Shown: positions 13,251 through 27,221 of the stretch, piece after piece
How the letters are laid out: every line of letters starts with the position of its first letter
Numbering within the stretch: the stretch's first letter is position 1
NCBI RefSeq assembly: GCF_001194135.2
Contig: NC_068990.1
Coordinates: forward strand, 5,496,963 to 5,560,962
DNA from: Octopus bimaculoides
Taxonomy: Eukaryota
DNA: 64,000 nucleotides
Direction: 5' to 3'
The notes under the pieces: generated by a model
Told to the model about the DNA's origin: nothing
What the model saw: the letters and a program-made list of their open reading frames with translations, nothing else
Databases searched by the model: none
Program-made: the position numbers and the translations under genes

Positions 13251-13295
<45 letters not shown>

Positions 13296-14759
13296 ATGCA
13301 CGCACACATACACACATTCACAAACGCACTCATATATATATATATGTNNNNNNNNNNNNNNNNNNNNNNNNNNNNNNNNNNNNNNNNNNNNNNNNNNNNN
13401 NNNNNNNNNNNNNNNNNNNNNNNNNNNNNNNNNNNNNNNNNNNNNNNNNNNNNNNNNNNNNNNNNNNNNNNNNNNNNNNNNNNNNNNNNNNNNNNNNNNN
13501 NNNNNNNNNNNNNNNNNNNNNNNNNNNNNNNNNNNNNNNNNNNNNNNNNNNNNNNNNNNNNNNNNNNNNNNNNNNNNNNNNNNNNNNNNNNNNNNNNNNN
13601 NNNNNNNNNNNNNNNNNNNNNNNNNATATACGCATATATGTGTGCATATATATATGCACATATGTACATTTTTACATTATATATACATATTTGTATACAC
13701 ACACACACACACACACACACGCGTGCGCGCATATTCTATTGTTTATCATGTAAGACGAGGATCATAGCTTGAACGTTCTAATCACGGCATCATAGTATAA
13801 AGTAATGAGAGAAAAAAAATAGCTGAAATAAACAGCAAAAGCTAAAATAAACAAACGAAAAAAGAATAAGAAAACTGAATTGTTGTCTGTGGAAGTGTTT
13901 TAAAGAGAGATAATCTGGAAACATTCGTAGATGAAAGAAAATTAAAATGTATACAAGAAAGAAATGCATGACTCAGTAAATATTACACAGAAGCTTTCAG
14001 ACGTTGAATCTAAATTTGTATTCACTCCCCTAATATCACTTCTACCCTTGCTCATCTTTGATGATTTCTATACTCTTCGTGCTCCTCCTCCGCGCTGTTT
14101 TTCCTTCCTTCTTTCCTTCCTTTCTTCTCCTCCTCCTACATCTACTCTCCACCACAAACACTATAAATCAGTTGATGGGTGAATAAGTCGATGTCGTAAA
14201 AAAAGCAAAAAAAAAAAACAAAAACATTATTTCATCTTCACCAACGTCCAAAGTAGCAGCCGAGTTTTGCAAATTAATTAAAAGTTAGTTTTTCTGAAAC
14301 TGAGTTCATGTATTTCAAAACCTAAATATTAATTAGCTGTTCAATTCCAACCGCTTCAAATGAAATGATCACAATTACAAGCAGTCACAGGACGAGCTAA
14401 TGTGAGAAAACTGTTTGTTAGAAATGACAGCCAAATTTCCCTAAAATCTCATCCAAACTCGCTCATAAACACAATCCAGCCTGCAACTCACAAATGTACT
14501 TTCTGTCTGCTTCTCCCTCTCTCTTAATTTCTCTATCTTTCTCTTCTCTTCTCTATATTTGTGTGGAGAGAGAAAAAATAACAAGACAGAGGGACGAAGA
14601 TACAGAAAGTTTTAATTGGTGTTTATAATGGCCTCTTCTCTTCGGAAATGGCTGGTCTCGAGCTTCCTTTAAACACTCCCACCTCACTTGTCTCTCCTCC
14701 CCTCACAATTCATATTGTCTTCACCAGCAAATCTTTGTAGCTGTAATAATTGCAATGTT

Positions 14760-14865
14760 CACTACTCCATTCCTTCCTTCCTTCTTTGCTTCTTTCCTTC
14801 TGTCTTTCCTTCCTTCCTTCTTTCTTTCTTTCCTTCGTTCCTTCCTTCTTTCTTTCCTTCTTTCA
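14760..14865. repeat. (CTTC/CTTT)n low-complexity tract
   Basis: Seen directly. Confidence 0.9.
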
Positions 14866-14942
14866 TAGAGCGTCGATTTCTTTTCTCTTGCAGCCGGCCA
14901 CTTGCGACGGTTTAATGAGAACCTTGCTAGCACCACTCTTAC

Positions 14943-15007
14943 AGGTTTCCGAAAACTCACAAAAGCCAGCGGACAGCTTATTCAGTACAATCAATACAAT
15001 TACTGTA
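14943..15007 (-). CDS. Candidate exon encoding a hydrophobic signal-peptide core (model B): TVIVLIVLNKLSAGFCEFSET
   Basis: Acceptor tatttgtttttaatacag; only phase 2 is open; donor CCT|GTAAGA, with an alternative internal T|GTGAGT (also phase 1). Confidence 0.35.
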
Positions 15008-16199
15008 CTGTATTAAAAACAAATAGCAGTTATCTCCATCCATGATGTAGATTGGTTCTTTCAGCAACGACAGCAAGAGTAAAAGCATCTACGAAATGAA
15101 ACTTCAACGTGGTCGTACGATATGCTAGAAACACCAGCCACATCTGCCCCCAAATCACATCGTATCGTTAAAAATGTAAGAGAAAATCTCGGACAGTGTA
15201 CTTCTGGATATAGAACATATTCGATTTGTATTGATCTGGGGCTAAACAACAAGAGCAAACAAAACTAAACGCCTCATCAAACGCAATATTTCAGGACTAT
15301 TACACGTTCATATTTCACATGTCTCTGTTCTGCAAAAACGTGACAACAACAATAACAACTATAGCAATAACAATAGCAGAAAAGTCAGTAATATCAAAGT
15401 CAGTGTATTTCCAATGTAAACGTTGTTTCAACAACCGATGCGAAACATCAAATGCTTCTTAGTTGACTAAGAGCATAAATGCTTAACTTACATATTCATG
15501 AAGTCTTATAGCAAAAACAAAGTTGTTTGGCTTATTTTTACTGCCGGAATTGTTTGGGATTACCTAACATGTTTGTGAAAATTATATAAAAGGAAATCAT
15601 AAGAATGACATGAATTTTCGTTCTTGATACAAGCGTTTTCAAGATATCCAGAATCTTAGTTCTTGTCGCTAAATAATCCTTTTAATCCCTTAACGCTTTG
15701 AACGTTGCGCATGTCAGATTTAGAAGGATAAAATCCTTCCTATAAATGACTTGCTTTATAAACGAAGCGATTGCACAAAATAATCCTTTGGCATCGGCAT
15801 TTGTAAGAATACAAATGTGTATTAATGTTTTCACAAAAGACGCATTTATTCTTATACATGTATACCTTACGAATAAATATATCATTAAAAAGAAAAAGAA
15901 AAATATAAATCCCTTTTTGTTTCCCTAGTTTGTGGATTCTAATATTTGTTACACTTCAGAAACTGAGTAAACATTGGTTTATTTTTGACTTAGCAGAAAA
16001 GTACGGGATTTTAAGAGAACAGAATGCGGAGACGACGTATGGAACTTATTGTTTTCCAGAAGACATTAGTGAGGTTGATAAAGTGAAATGACATAAACCC
16101 AGGAATTGAAATTTCCATGTGGCTTGCATTCCACTCTGCCTTTCAGCAGTTTGGCCAATATCCTTGTTAAGTCAATGGACACTTTCTGAGGCAAAAGTG

Positions 16200-16330
16200 T
16201 CAGCTTCGTTACGCAATCATAAGATCCTGGCCTCGATCCCACTCACTGCGTGTCATTTTAAGCAAGTGTGGTAACACAGCCTCGGTCGGCTCAAACTTTG
16301 TGAATGAAACGGAACGGACGGAAAATAGAA
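16200..16330 (+). mobile_element. SINE family A, degenerate
   Basis: B-box-like gcctcgatccc followed by gcaagtgt..agcctcggtcggc..tttgtgaatg. Confidence 0.55.
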
Positions 16331-18049
16331 ATCCGCCAAAAGGACTCTACCTGCTATTCAAACGACTACCCTTATCACATATTGCGTCACGCTGATTCTG
16401 TTGGAGGATTCCGCTAGAGACATACATGTTTGTAGAATACTCCTCAGCCACCAACGTTAATTTAATGAGTAAGTAGTTCTTGTGTGTCCATCTTTTTCTG
16501 TGTACACAAGGGTGTAGGATGTGAATTGAGGGAATTAACTGATATTTCTCGCATAACAAGAGACTCCATATAAACTCCCTCTTTGACTCGTAGTTCAGTA
16601 GGGAATTTCTGATCAGTGATATTTTTATTGTGTTGGTTGTACTCATAAAACTCTGGTGCATATGTTAACCATGAACAATGAGGAAGAAAGCGGCCAATGA
16701 TATAGAAGGAATGTTAAAATAAAACTGAACGGAAATATTTTGTTCAGAGAGCGAGGTGGACTGTTATAATAGCTAAATAAAATACAAAAAAAAGTGGAGG
16801 GAAGTAAATGTTTATCGATTCACAAACCAGAAGGTTTGATAAAAACCACTGCGTAATTCCAGTTTTTGATGTTTTAAGTAGATGAGAGACAAATCTTCTC
16901 GGTGAAGGATGCCATGTTCTCAGTCTATCTAACCTTTTTCTGAATGAAGTGAAACTCACCACTGTAATGTAGAATGTGGTGCCGAAGGACACAGGGAAAT
17001 ATACACAGTGGATTTTAACTCAGAATGTTTGAGCTGAGATTTCAAATGGTTATTTTTTATCCAGACGGATACGAGGGAGAAAGAGAGCTTGAAATGGTCC
17101 CGAACATGAAACTGAACGAATTCTGCTAAAGACAAACACTGTGCTCAAGGGACTGGTGGTGTTAAACTAGGTGAAGGATTAAATCTGCTAGCTGGTAGGC
17201 CATGGCGAGATCTGAACTCAGAATTCAAAGACCTGGACAAATATCACAAGGCGAACCTGTCTAACGTTCTTACAGTTTCACCAACCCACTTCTCTAGAAA
17301 GGTACTACTTTTTTACCACCTCCGAAAGTAAATTTTAACTCGGCTTCATTTAAATCTGGAGTGCAGAGTCAGAGGAAATACTGCGAGTAATTCATTTCGA
17401 CACTCTGACGAAGAACATTACAAAGTACAGTGAGTAAATTCCGGGAGCTGCAAGTGTATTCTTACTGAAAATGTTTATATTTTATGTCAGAATATACAAA
17501 AATGAATAATGGAATATATGTATATTTAGCTGGATTGGTTATAACGTCTCTCTTGGCTTACTACGGAATGTTGCATACCATTATGTAAGGTGTTCTGCGT
17601 GCTAACTCGTGGAAATAGTACAAGAAGCAAACTTTAAAATAACAACGAGACCTTATTCCTCTGATAAATTATACAGCGGTCAAATAAGCACATCACGGAT
17701 TCTGTTGGTTGTATACTTCATCCGTCCTTTGGATAATTCAGCTCTAGCCGGTGTTGGTTACAAGTGATTCGTTATGACAGCAGGAAATATCATGATGTGT
17801 CCTCCTGGAAGTCTCTCACTTCTCTGTCTTAGAGGTTTTTTTGACCCAATATATAGACAACCATGGACTCCAGCGATGGTTCAAGTTAGTTATATGGAGA
17901 CACACAACCACGCATATGGAGATACACATCCATACCTACAGACACAGTACATAGTCACAAAAACCCATACACACACACAGACACAATCAGACATGCACAC
18001 ACAAGGAGACAGAGGTACACACACATGCAAACACACACACGCACACACG

Positions 18050-18745
18050 TAAATGAGTGGAAACCTTACCGGTGAGAGTGTTAAATAATAAGGCACTAAA
18101 AGAGAATTACTCTCCCCAAATACAACAAAATATACTTCAACACACGAACTCTCATAAAGAATCTTGCAAACCAGATCCCAAAATGAAATATATATATATA
18201 TATATATATATTTATAATACAGAATGGGACAAGAACGCAAAACATCCAGGCAGTTAGGTGATACAAGAAAGGGACAAAACATCCAGATAGACGATACAAA
18301 GAAAACATGGACAGGTCATTTGGAGTTTTCTTTCTTCAGTCGAGATCCAGATTATCCTTGCAATTTCGGCTGGTTATTATTGATATTGCTCCAATCTGGC
18401 CAGCTCCAAGGAAAAACAAAGCTAAGAGCATTCGATTCCTTGGAAGAAAGCAGCGAATGTATACAAAAGCAAGGACGGAAAACAAAACGAACAACGTTAC
18501 ACAAATACAGTAAGAATAATAACAGGACATAACGACAGATGTCTTTCGACTAAGGACGAATAAAATTAAGCTGGAGTATATGGAAATAAGGCCTTGCAGC
18601 AGGGATAAAAGAACTCACAGGCACAGGAAGGAATAACGATGTTGCACGCACAACGGCCGCCCAAGAAAGGTCAAGCTTGGCCGAACACCGGTCACGTATA
18701 TTTGAGAAAAGAAAAAGAACGACTTCACTGGCAATTCTCATCAGT
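18050..18745 (-). mobile_element. Penelope-like element 3' remnant (GIY-YIG endonuclease C-terminus and terminal repeat)
   Basis: Minus ORF RIASEVVLF..NIRDRCSAKLDLSWAAVV resembles the PLE endonuclease tail (R..E...I..NRD.G..L...W). A degenerate CTGAAGA..CTCC core follows at 18339-18320. Confidence 0.45.
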
Positions 18746-20094
18746 TTGATTTATTATTTTAAAATATTTTTAGTAATATAAATTTAGGTGATTAGAACTG
18801 CCAGTAAAGTTGTTCTTTTCTTTTTTCAAATATATATATACATGTGTGTGTGTGTGTGTGTATGCCTGTATGTATATGAATATGTATGTGTAATATGTAA
18901 GTAAACACCTATATATGGTTTTATATATATGTATATTTATATAAATATACCTGCATGTGTTTGTGTGTGCGCGCGCGTGTGCGTGTGTGTGTGTGTGCGC
19001 TTGTGCGTTGCGTGTGTGTGTGTGTGTGTGCGTGTGTGTACATGAACTGGAATTAACAGATAAGCATACAATTTAGTTCTATCAAGATAAAGATTTTCTT
19101 CAAACGTTGTCAGCAATAATATAATTACGGAATGGTATTGTGAGTCATCATGGGGAATACCAGTATAGAACAGAGAGTATAAGCGTACATGTTGAGTGTG
19201 CACCAACGGCATAACACAAGAATAAAGAGCACACGGGTCTGTTGCAATTTTCTAATACAAATTAAGCTATAATTGCCAGCACAAACTTCAAGAAGCTAAT
19301 CAACCGAACTAACCAGTTGATTATCATCAATCAACTATATTTCATCGTCAAACAGGATTTACAGTGAATGCACAAAAATTGTAGGCACATATGCTTATGA
19401 GGTGTATTTCTGAGAAAGAAATCCTCACCAACATTACAATGTTAATTTATGCGTTTAATGTGAATCATGTGACGATAAAGAAAAGAACCCTAACCTGGCA
19501 AAAGATGATGTAGTTAATACCAAAATAGTTCTAGAAAGAGAGACAGAGAACTGTTATGAACATCTACTAAGAAACTAAGCACAAGAAGCAATAACGAAAC
19601 TTGATTGCAAATAAGCACTGGTAAGCGTTGCGATGAAGTGTTATAAAAAACAGAGACCTTCCGGAGATACGTAACAGTCATTGAAGGAGTACATAAAAAG
19701 CTAAGCATCAAGGAACTCTATTTGTCTAATGTTGTATACTGAAGTAGAGAAGAAACAGATAATATGACGACTGAACGCCTTTCATCGTAGGTTTTGCAAA
19801 GGGATAAATAACAACAGTGACGACGACATGTATGTTATTTCTGTTCGTTCTCTCATCCGGGTGACGAATCGTAACAGCATCCGACGGTATTTATGTCGGT
19901 GGCTCTTTAAGAGTAAATAACTTTGCTTTTCATCCATTCGGAGCGATAATTTAAAATTCCAGTCTTCAAAAATATAAACTCACGTGTCTATGTTAGACAT
20001 CACGCGATCGACAAAACTATCGAACGTTGTTATGCATCACTGGTCACAATGCGCTTTTTATCGTTTTAGTGGCTAGGTGAGCAGGACAACACTC

Positions 20095-20275
20095 CTGACA
20101 AGAAGGATAATCCGTCACAGGGTTACCCATTTACAGCTAAGTGGACAGGAGCAACATGAGATCAAGTGTTTTGCTTAAGAACATATTCGTGCTGCTCGGC
20201 CCGGGAATCGAACCCACGTTCTTGTGATAATGTATGAAACATCCTAACCACTAAACCACGCGCTTATGCTAGACA
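20095..20275 (-). mobile_element. tRNA-derived SINE with a CORE-like central domain (family D)
   Basis: Minus strand has tRNA A/B boxes (tggtttagtggttagg / ggttcgattccc) then ccacttagctgtaaatgggtaacc. Confidence 0.65.
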
Positions 20276-20719
20276 TAGTTACTCTATAATTCATTGATTT
20301 ATTTACTGTTGTATTTAGTTACAAGTTGATCATTGCAAGTGGACTATAAAACTTTAACTGTTAAACTCACAAATATGTGAACGTATTTTGATATTGTATG
20401 TCTAACATTTCACAAAAGTTTGATGAGGAAGTAAAAATGTAATGAAATTCACTAATCTGGCAGACATAAGCCTTTCATTAGCCTAAGGTGAATCTTAAAC
20501 CATACAACAGACAGTTGCTCATAGTTGAAATTGTATAAAATAAAAAATTTAAAAAAACTAAGAAATTTAAATATAACTAAAGAGTAAAAATCAAGATATT
20601 AGAGAACTAAATTTAATACATTTAGAAACAGCTGAAACACATTTTTATTTGATTATGAAAGAAACAGAGATAAAGTAAACTTTTCAAATGTTTGATAAAA
20701 AAAGTTTTATAATCATTTT

Positions 20720-20790
20720 TGTTGCTGCAGTTGTTGTTGTTGCTGCTGCTGCTTCTGCTGCTGCTGCTTCTGCTGCTGTTACTGTATTAC
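20720..20790. repeat. (GTT)n/(GCT)n trinucleotide tract
   Basis: Seen directly. Confidence 0.9.
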
Positions 20791-21279
20791 TGTTGCGTTG
20801 TTTCATTTGAATAAAATTTGAAATTTCAAAGCTGAAACGAAATTTTAAAAGGAATACTATTAAAAACGTGGAAGGAATAGATTAACTTGGTTAGTAAAAC
20901 ATTTAAGAGACAACAAGGCAGAGGGCAACTGATCACTCGATTTGTTTGAAATACCAATCAAATCTACCTCGTACTCCATTGTTTTAGAAGATATATTAAG
21001 TCTAAGACTACATTAGATAACGTATAAGACACACAATACACAATAAAGATGGGACGGACGTAATTGGAAGGCTTTAGATCATAAGATTGCTTGGCTCGAA
21101 TAAACCTAATATCACAGCATCGTTAAAATTATCCGCATTTGAACAGGGGGGCTTCAAATGGTCACTTGACTTACAAGACACATTGTGCTTATGCCTTTCT
21201 ATACGTGTTTAAAAACTCAACAATAACCAACAAACATTTTTATGTATTTTCTATTAATGGTTTTCAAATTTGACAAATA

Positions 21280-21627
21280 CAGGCATACCTCAACTTCTGT
21301 TGTTTCGAGGTACATTCTGTTCGACTTTACATCGATTTTTGTTTTAAAGATATTGATGGAAACAATAAACCTCAACTTTAGTTGATTTATCCGACTTTGC
21401 GCAAGTTTCAGCGAATATATTTACAAGCATAAATATTAAACAAAACACTTAAAACCCAATACTGAAGTGGAAGATGACATAAAATGCACACGAAAATACA
21501 TACAAATAATTTATCTAAACAGATATAAGCTAATAAATTTTTCAAATGGTTTTTTCGCACTACCTCGGTTTTCGAATGAAGTTGCATGCCTCGGAACCAA
21601 TTACCAAGGTAGGTTGAGGTATGCCTG
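21280..21627. mobile_element. Tigger-like (Tc1/mariner-pogo) MITE
   Basis: TIR CAGGCATACCTCAAC / GTTGAGGTATGCCTG with a TA duplication on both sides (21278-79, 21628-29). CAGGCATACCTC is the Tigger-type terminus. Confidence 0.85.
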
Positions 21628-22454
21628 TATAGTTCAACTATAATTGCTAACACAGGTGAACACAGTATTGACTTATAAAAACGTTTAATATACTTTATAG
21701 TATATGGTGATTGCATGACGAAATATCGTGTCCCAAGTCATTAATATTTACATAACAGCTTCCAGGAATGTTTTTGATATATCCAATAACGTTACAATAA
21801 TGTATTTAGCGACTATTTAAGCAATGTGTTTGTGGGTGTTTAATGGATTAGACGAGTGCTGATGAAGAAGCAAAAACTCCCGAAATATGGGATATACGCC
21901 CATTACCGTTTTTTCATCTTCGATGTCATTGTTTACATCTGGCGTTTGGGATACGAAATGTCGTAACAAAAATCAGTACTGGCTATAATTTCTAAAGAAT
22001 ATCTGTAGATAACATTAACAAGTGAAGTAACTGAAGCGTTCACAGAATTGGGCCCACTTCTGAAATAGCACAACTTTGGTTTGGTCGACTGATAGCTGAA
22101 CGATCCTCGGGACTTACATCGGAATAGCCTTCTACTAGAAAGATATTTTAAAAAGCAATTGGAGTCTATATATCAGAAGTTGACTTGCAGCGCGCTGGTC
22201 CACTAACATGTGTATTTCTATCTTTTCAAGCAATTACTTGAAAATCGATGACCATGCACCCTTTTGACGGGTACACAATTTTGTTCTGCTCGGTTTCTAC
22301 AAAGTTTCCTCTTGAGGTGAGCCTTGTCGGAGCGTCAGATTAATCTATGTAAGTATGCATGCATGCATGTATGTGTGTCTATATGTAAGCATGTTACATG
22401 TATGCATGTGTATACATACATACATACATACATATATATATATATATGTGTCTT

Positions 22455-22575
22455 ATCTTCGAAACGTCAGGTTAGAATAGAGACAGCTGATGAAGGAATA
22501 TTCCAAGTGGCTTTCCGTTTTCCTATGTGTTCGTTCCGTTGTCTGTAGTTCATTGTTCTAACGTCCTGTACCCTG
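22455..22575 (+). mobile_element. Penelope-like terminal fragment
   Basis: Contains ttcGAAACGTCagg and cagCTGATGAaggaatattcc, separated hammerhead-core half motifs. Confidence 0.4.
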
Positions 22576-22647
22576 ATATGCATATATATACACATGTAGA
22601 TGTAAGTATGCACATATATGTGTGTATACATGTATATATATTCTTTG

Positions 22648-22681
<34 letters not shown>

Positions 22682-23899
22682 NNNNNNNNNNNNNNNNNNN
22701 NNNNNNNNNNNNNNNNNNNNNNNNNNNNNNNNNNNNNNNNNNNNNNNNNNNNNNNNNNNNNNNNNNNNNNNNNNNNNNNNNNNNNNNNNNNNNNNNNNNN
22801 NNNNNNNNNNNNNNNNNNNNNNNNNNNNNNNNNNNNNNNNNNNNNNNNNNNNNNNNNNNNNNNNNNNNNNNNNNNNNNNNNNNNNNNNNNNNNNNNNNNN
22901 NNNNNNNNNNNNNNNNNNNNNNNNNNNNNNNNNNNNNNNNNNNNNNNNNNNNNNNNNNNNNNNNNNNNNNNNNNNNNNNNNNNNNNNNNNNNNNNNNNNN
23001 NNNNNNNNNNNNNNNNNNNNNNNNNNNNNNNNNNNNNNNNNNNNNNNNNNNNNNNNNNNNNNNNNNNNNNNNNNNNNNNNNNNNNNNNNNNNNNNNNNNN
23101 NNNNNNNNNNNNNNNNNNNNNNNNNNNNNNNNNNNNNNNNNNNNNNNNNNNNNNNNNNNNNNNNNNNNNNNNNNNNNNNNNNNNNNNNNNNNNNNNNNNN
23201 NNNNNNNNNNNNNNNNNNNNNNNNNNNNNNNNNNNNNNNNNNNNNNNNNNNNNNNNNNNNNNNNNNNNNNNNNNNNNNNNNNNNNNNNNNNNNNNNNNNN
23301 NNNNNNNNNNNNNNNNNNNNNNNNNNNNNNNNNNNNNNNNNNNNNNNNNNNNNNNNNNNNNNNNNNNNNNNNNNNNNNNNNNNNNNNNNNNNNNNNNNNN
23401 NNNNNNNNNNNNNNNNNNNNNNNNNNNNNNNNNNNNNNNNNNNNNNNNNNNNNNNNNNNNNNNNNNNNNNNNNNNNNNNNNNNNNNNNNNNNNNNNNNNN
23501 NNNNNNNNNNNNNNNNNNNNNNNNNNNNNNNNNNNNNNNNNNNNNNNNNNNNNNNNGTGTGTATGTGTGTGTGTGTATGCATATGCATCTATGTGTGTTT
23601 GAAGGAGACACTAAATAATATATTGTTCATTTCTATTGGTAAATTTCTATTAAATTTTTCGTAGTTTCTAGAAGCAAGTAATGTTTAACTGGAAATATTA
23701 AGAAGGTGTGATTTAGCTTCGTTTCAAAATATAGTAATTTAACTCGACGGCAGTATTTTTTTTATTGAGAACAGAAGAATCAATAAGTATGCATATACAT
23801 ACATATATCTATACATATATATGCATGCATACACACACATATTTATTCATCCACCTGTGTTAAAACTGATATATCATGATTGCGCTCTTTAGAAAAATT

Positions 23900-24010
23900 A
23901 TACCTATATTGATGTGATTATGATAATGATGTTGATAGTGATGATTATGATGATGATGATGATGATGGTGATGATGGTGTTGCTGAGGATGCTGTCGATG
24001 ATGATTATTA
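23900..24010. repeat. (GAT)n trinucleotide tract
   Basis: Seen directly. Confidence 0.9.
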
Positions 24011-25049
24011 CGATGATGGCAATTATAGAAGTTTATAGAAGTGATTATTATATTGGAGAATGTTGACAATTTCCAGCTGTAATAAGAGCTTTGCCTCCCT
24101 TGTATTAAAATAAGAATTGCCACAACGTCAAATAACGTCTTATAAAAATGTATTAAGGACTCAGACAACTTTCATTTTCAAAACTATCGATATATGGCTT
24201 TTTTAATAGGATATCGTTAGAGCGTCGACTTTTTTGTTCTCGGAAAAGAAATACATACACAATATAGATTCATGTGTATAAATGCACTGACACATGCATG
24301 CACTCTCACACACAGTCGTGTGTAAACATGTGTTGAGTGTAAGAAAAAGTGGGATAGCGAGTAGGATAGTAGGAGCGAGTTTGAGAAAGGGAGTATGGTA
24401 GCAAGAAACAAGGGGCGAGGAAATCACAGCCCCCTTTCGGAATCTAGGGAATGCGTGTATCCAGTTCCAAGGTATAAGTTTTCGCTTGTGCGTACAGTGG
24501 CTGGAGATACAAGATGTGAGAAATTCTTTTTTAAACCAGCAGCACAAAACTTGCATTTCCTGCTCGCATTTGCATGTGGTTTGCATTTTGAATGATCCTC
24601 CGGCCTACGTCTATTCTGTGCTTTTTAGAAAATTTAGCAATTCCTTTGAGCGCATAATACAGATGCATATATTTTAAGCAATCTTTGTACAAAAGCAAGT
24701 AAAATCGAAACGATCCATATTAATTATCTTTCCACGTATAATTTAAGTAAACCAATAAAAACATCCACGGTCAATTTCTCTAGCTGCTTGTTACATGAGT
24801 AATCTATTTTAGGCATCAATACATTTTAATCCACTTTTTCTCCGAAGAAAACGTCTTAAATACCGCTTGGAGTAAATATCTCTTATTCGCCCAGAATTAA
24901 AATAATAGTACCGTTGTTGTTCTAAGACCTACTTTACAGCTAAGTCACTTCTCTAAAAATTTAGTTTCGTTGTAATATAAGGAATCATTAAGGGAACTTA
25001 ATAAACTCAAGTCCTATAAGAAGTGTAGAATGCAATTATTCAGACATAT

Positions 25050-25233
25050 TTCCCATTTTACATTGACATTTCTGATACACGATCCCTATTGATCGCCCCC
25101 TTTTTTTCTTTCCACAATCCCTTTTGATCGAAATTCGACTCACGTTTTTTTCTCTTCTTCTTCCCAAAAAGAAAAGCTCTACTTTGTATTTTGTCCCCTC
25201 TGTGTTCAGCCCTGTGTGGCCAATAAAGAAACA
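25050..25233 (+). mobile_element. 3' UTR terminus of the Tx1-like LINE family
   Basis: gatccctattgatcg and tctgtgttcagccctg..aataaa match the reverse complement of about 8000-8095. A (CTAT)n tract follows directly. Confidence 0.7.
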
Positions 25234-25240
25234 TATCTAA

Positions 25241-25343
<103 letters not shown>

Positions 25344-26435
25344 CCATATATATATNNNNNNNNNNNNNNNNNNNNNNNNNNNNNNNNNNNNNNNNNNNNN
25401 NNNNNNNNNNNNNNNNNNNNNNNNNNNNNNNNNNNNNNNNNNNNNNNNNNNNNNNNNNNNNNNNNNNNNNNNNNNNNNNNNNNNNNNNNNNNNNNNNNNN
25501 NNNNNNNNNNNNNNNNNNNNNNNNNNNNNNNNNNNNNNNNNNNNNNNNNNNNNNNNNNNNNNNNNNNNNNNNNNNNNNNNNNNNNNNNNNNNNNNNNNNN
25601 NNNNNNNNNNNNNNNNNNNNNNNNNNNNNNNNNNNNNNNNNNNNNNNNNNNNNNNNNNNNNNNNNNNNNNNNNNNNNNNNNNNNNNNNNNNNNNNNNNNN
25701 NNNNNNNNNNNNNNNNTATATATATATATATATATGCACGCACACACACAGACACACACACACATGCATACATTTATATAGATGTATAATACACACAAGT
25801 ACATGGACCCACAGTCACATATATGCGCGCAAACGGACACAAGCACACACACACACACACACACACATACATACACATGTATATACACAGCTAACCCATG
25901 CATAAATCATATGTATTAAGTACTGATTACGAAAATGTTTGATGTGCAATGTGAAACGAAACCTAGAATGCGCATCTGCACCGGATCTGTTACCTAGTTG
26001 GCACGAATCTGCCAGCAGCCAAAGTATCATCCTCATTCTCAGACAAAGAGCATAGTTTCGAAACTCATTATTCACTAATCACTGCAAATGAATTCCTTAA
26101 AGTCATTTGTGAACCCATTTATCGACTAATTATAGCCGACACTGACAATCAGGAATTCTACCTGGTTCTGAATATTACAATTATTTTCCTTAAGTTTAGC
26201 TTTTACTATTTGAGCATTCACTGAATGTAGTGACAAAACAATGTTGTATTTTATTATTTTTGATTCTTTATTTCTGATAACCATTTCGGTAAGCATGTTA
26301 GATTTTGAAGCTTTTAGAATCAATTAGATGTCACATGCACATTGTATTTCATCATATCACGTGCATAGAAAAAAAAAGGGAATAAAAACATCCATTCAGC
26401 TCCAATATAATTAGTGACAATATTAGCATTTACAT

Positions 26436-26784
26436 TAAGGGTTCTCAACTATTTTTTTTATCTATGGACCCCTTCCATTACTATTTTATTCTGATGGACC
26501 CCTATAGCCATTCGATGTTTAATAACTAGTTTTATATATCCTTTTTTCAAAATTCCTATCGTTTTTCACACATTAACTTGTATAGATAGAACTACGTAAA
26601 ATGTTAGAGAAAAAAACCGAGCTGTTGCTTGCAATAGATACCAATATATACACCTAAAGCAAAATTTTTTCACGGGCACTTAGAATATTATTGTGGTTCC
26701 CTAATTTATTGTTTCATTGCGAGGACCCCCAACAATCCTATATGGAATTTCAGAGACCATATGGACCCTGGTTTAGAACCACTG
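26436..26784. mobile_element. hAT-like MITE
   Basis: Termini taagggttctcaac / gtttagaaccactg (CAGTGGTTCTCAAC type); 8-bp TSD atttacat (26428-35) / atttacag (26785-92). Confidence 0.8.
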
Positions 26785-26835
26785 ATTTACAGAATCATTA
26801 ATATAAATGTATGTAGAGGGCATTTACTTAAATGT

Positions 26836-27221
26836 TGTTGTTGTTGGCACTCCGTCGGTTACGACGATGAGGGTTCCAGTTGATCCGACCAACGGAACAG
26901 CCTGCTCGTGAAATTAACGTGCAAGTGGCTGAGCACTCCACAGACACGTGTACTCTTAACGTAGTTCTCGGGGATATTCAGCGTGACACAGAATGACAAG
27001 GCTGACCCTTTGAATTACAGGCACAACAGAAACAGGAAGTAAGAGTGAGAGAAAGTTGTGGTGAAAGAGTACAGCAGGGTTTGCCACCATCCCCTGCCGG
27101 AACCTCGTGGAGCTTTAGGTGCTTTTGCTCAATAAACACTCACAACGCCCGGTCTGGGAATCGAAACCGCGATCCTATGACCACGAGTCCGCTACCCTAA
27201 CCACTGGGCCATTGCGCCTCC
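26836..27221 (-). mobile_element. tRNA-derived SINE family C, full length, (CAA)n tail
   Basis: A/B boxes at the 5' end (tggcccagtggttagg / ggtttcgattccc); 10-bp TSD acttaaatgt (26826-35, 27222-31); second copy at 35195-35490. Confidence 0.9.

Noticed and set aside
16347-16712. Two overlapping open frames on the minus strand (104 aa and about 83 aa)
   Set aside because: No usable splice sites or recognisable domain; may be a decayed LINE piece.
23860-24168. Poly-His ORF
   Set aside because: Translation of a (GAT)n microsatellite.
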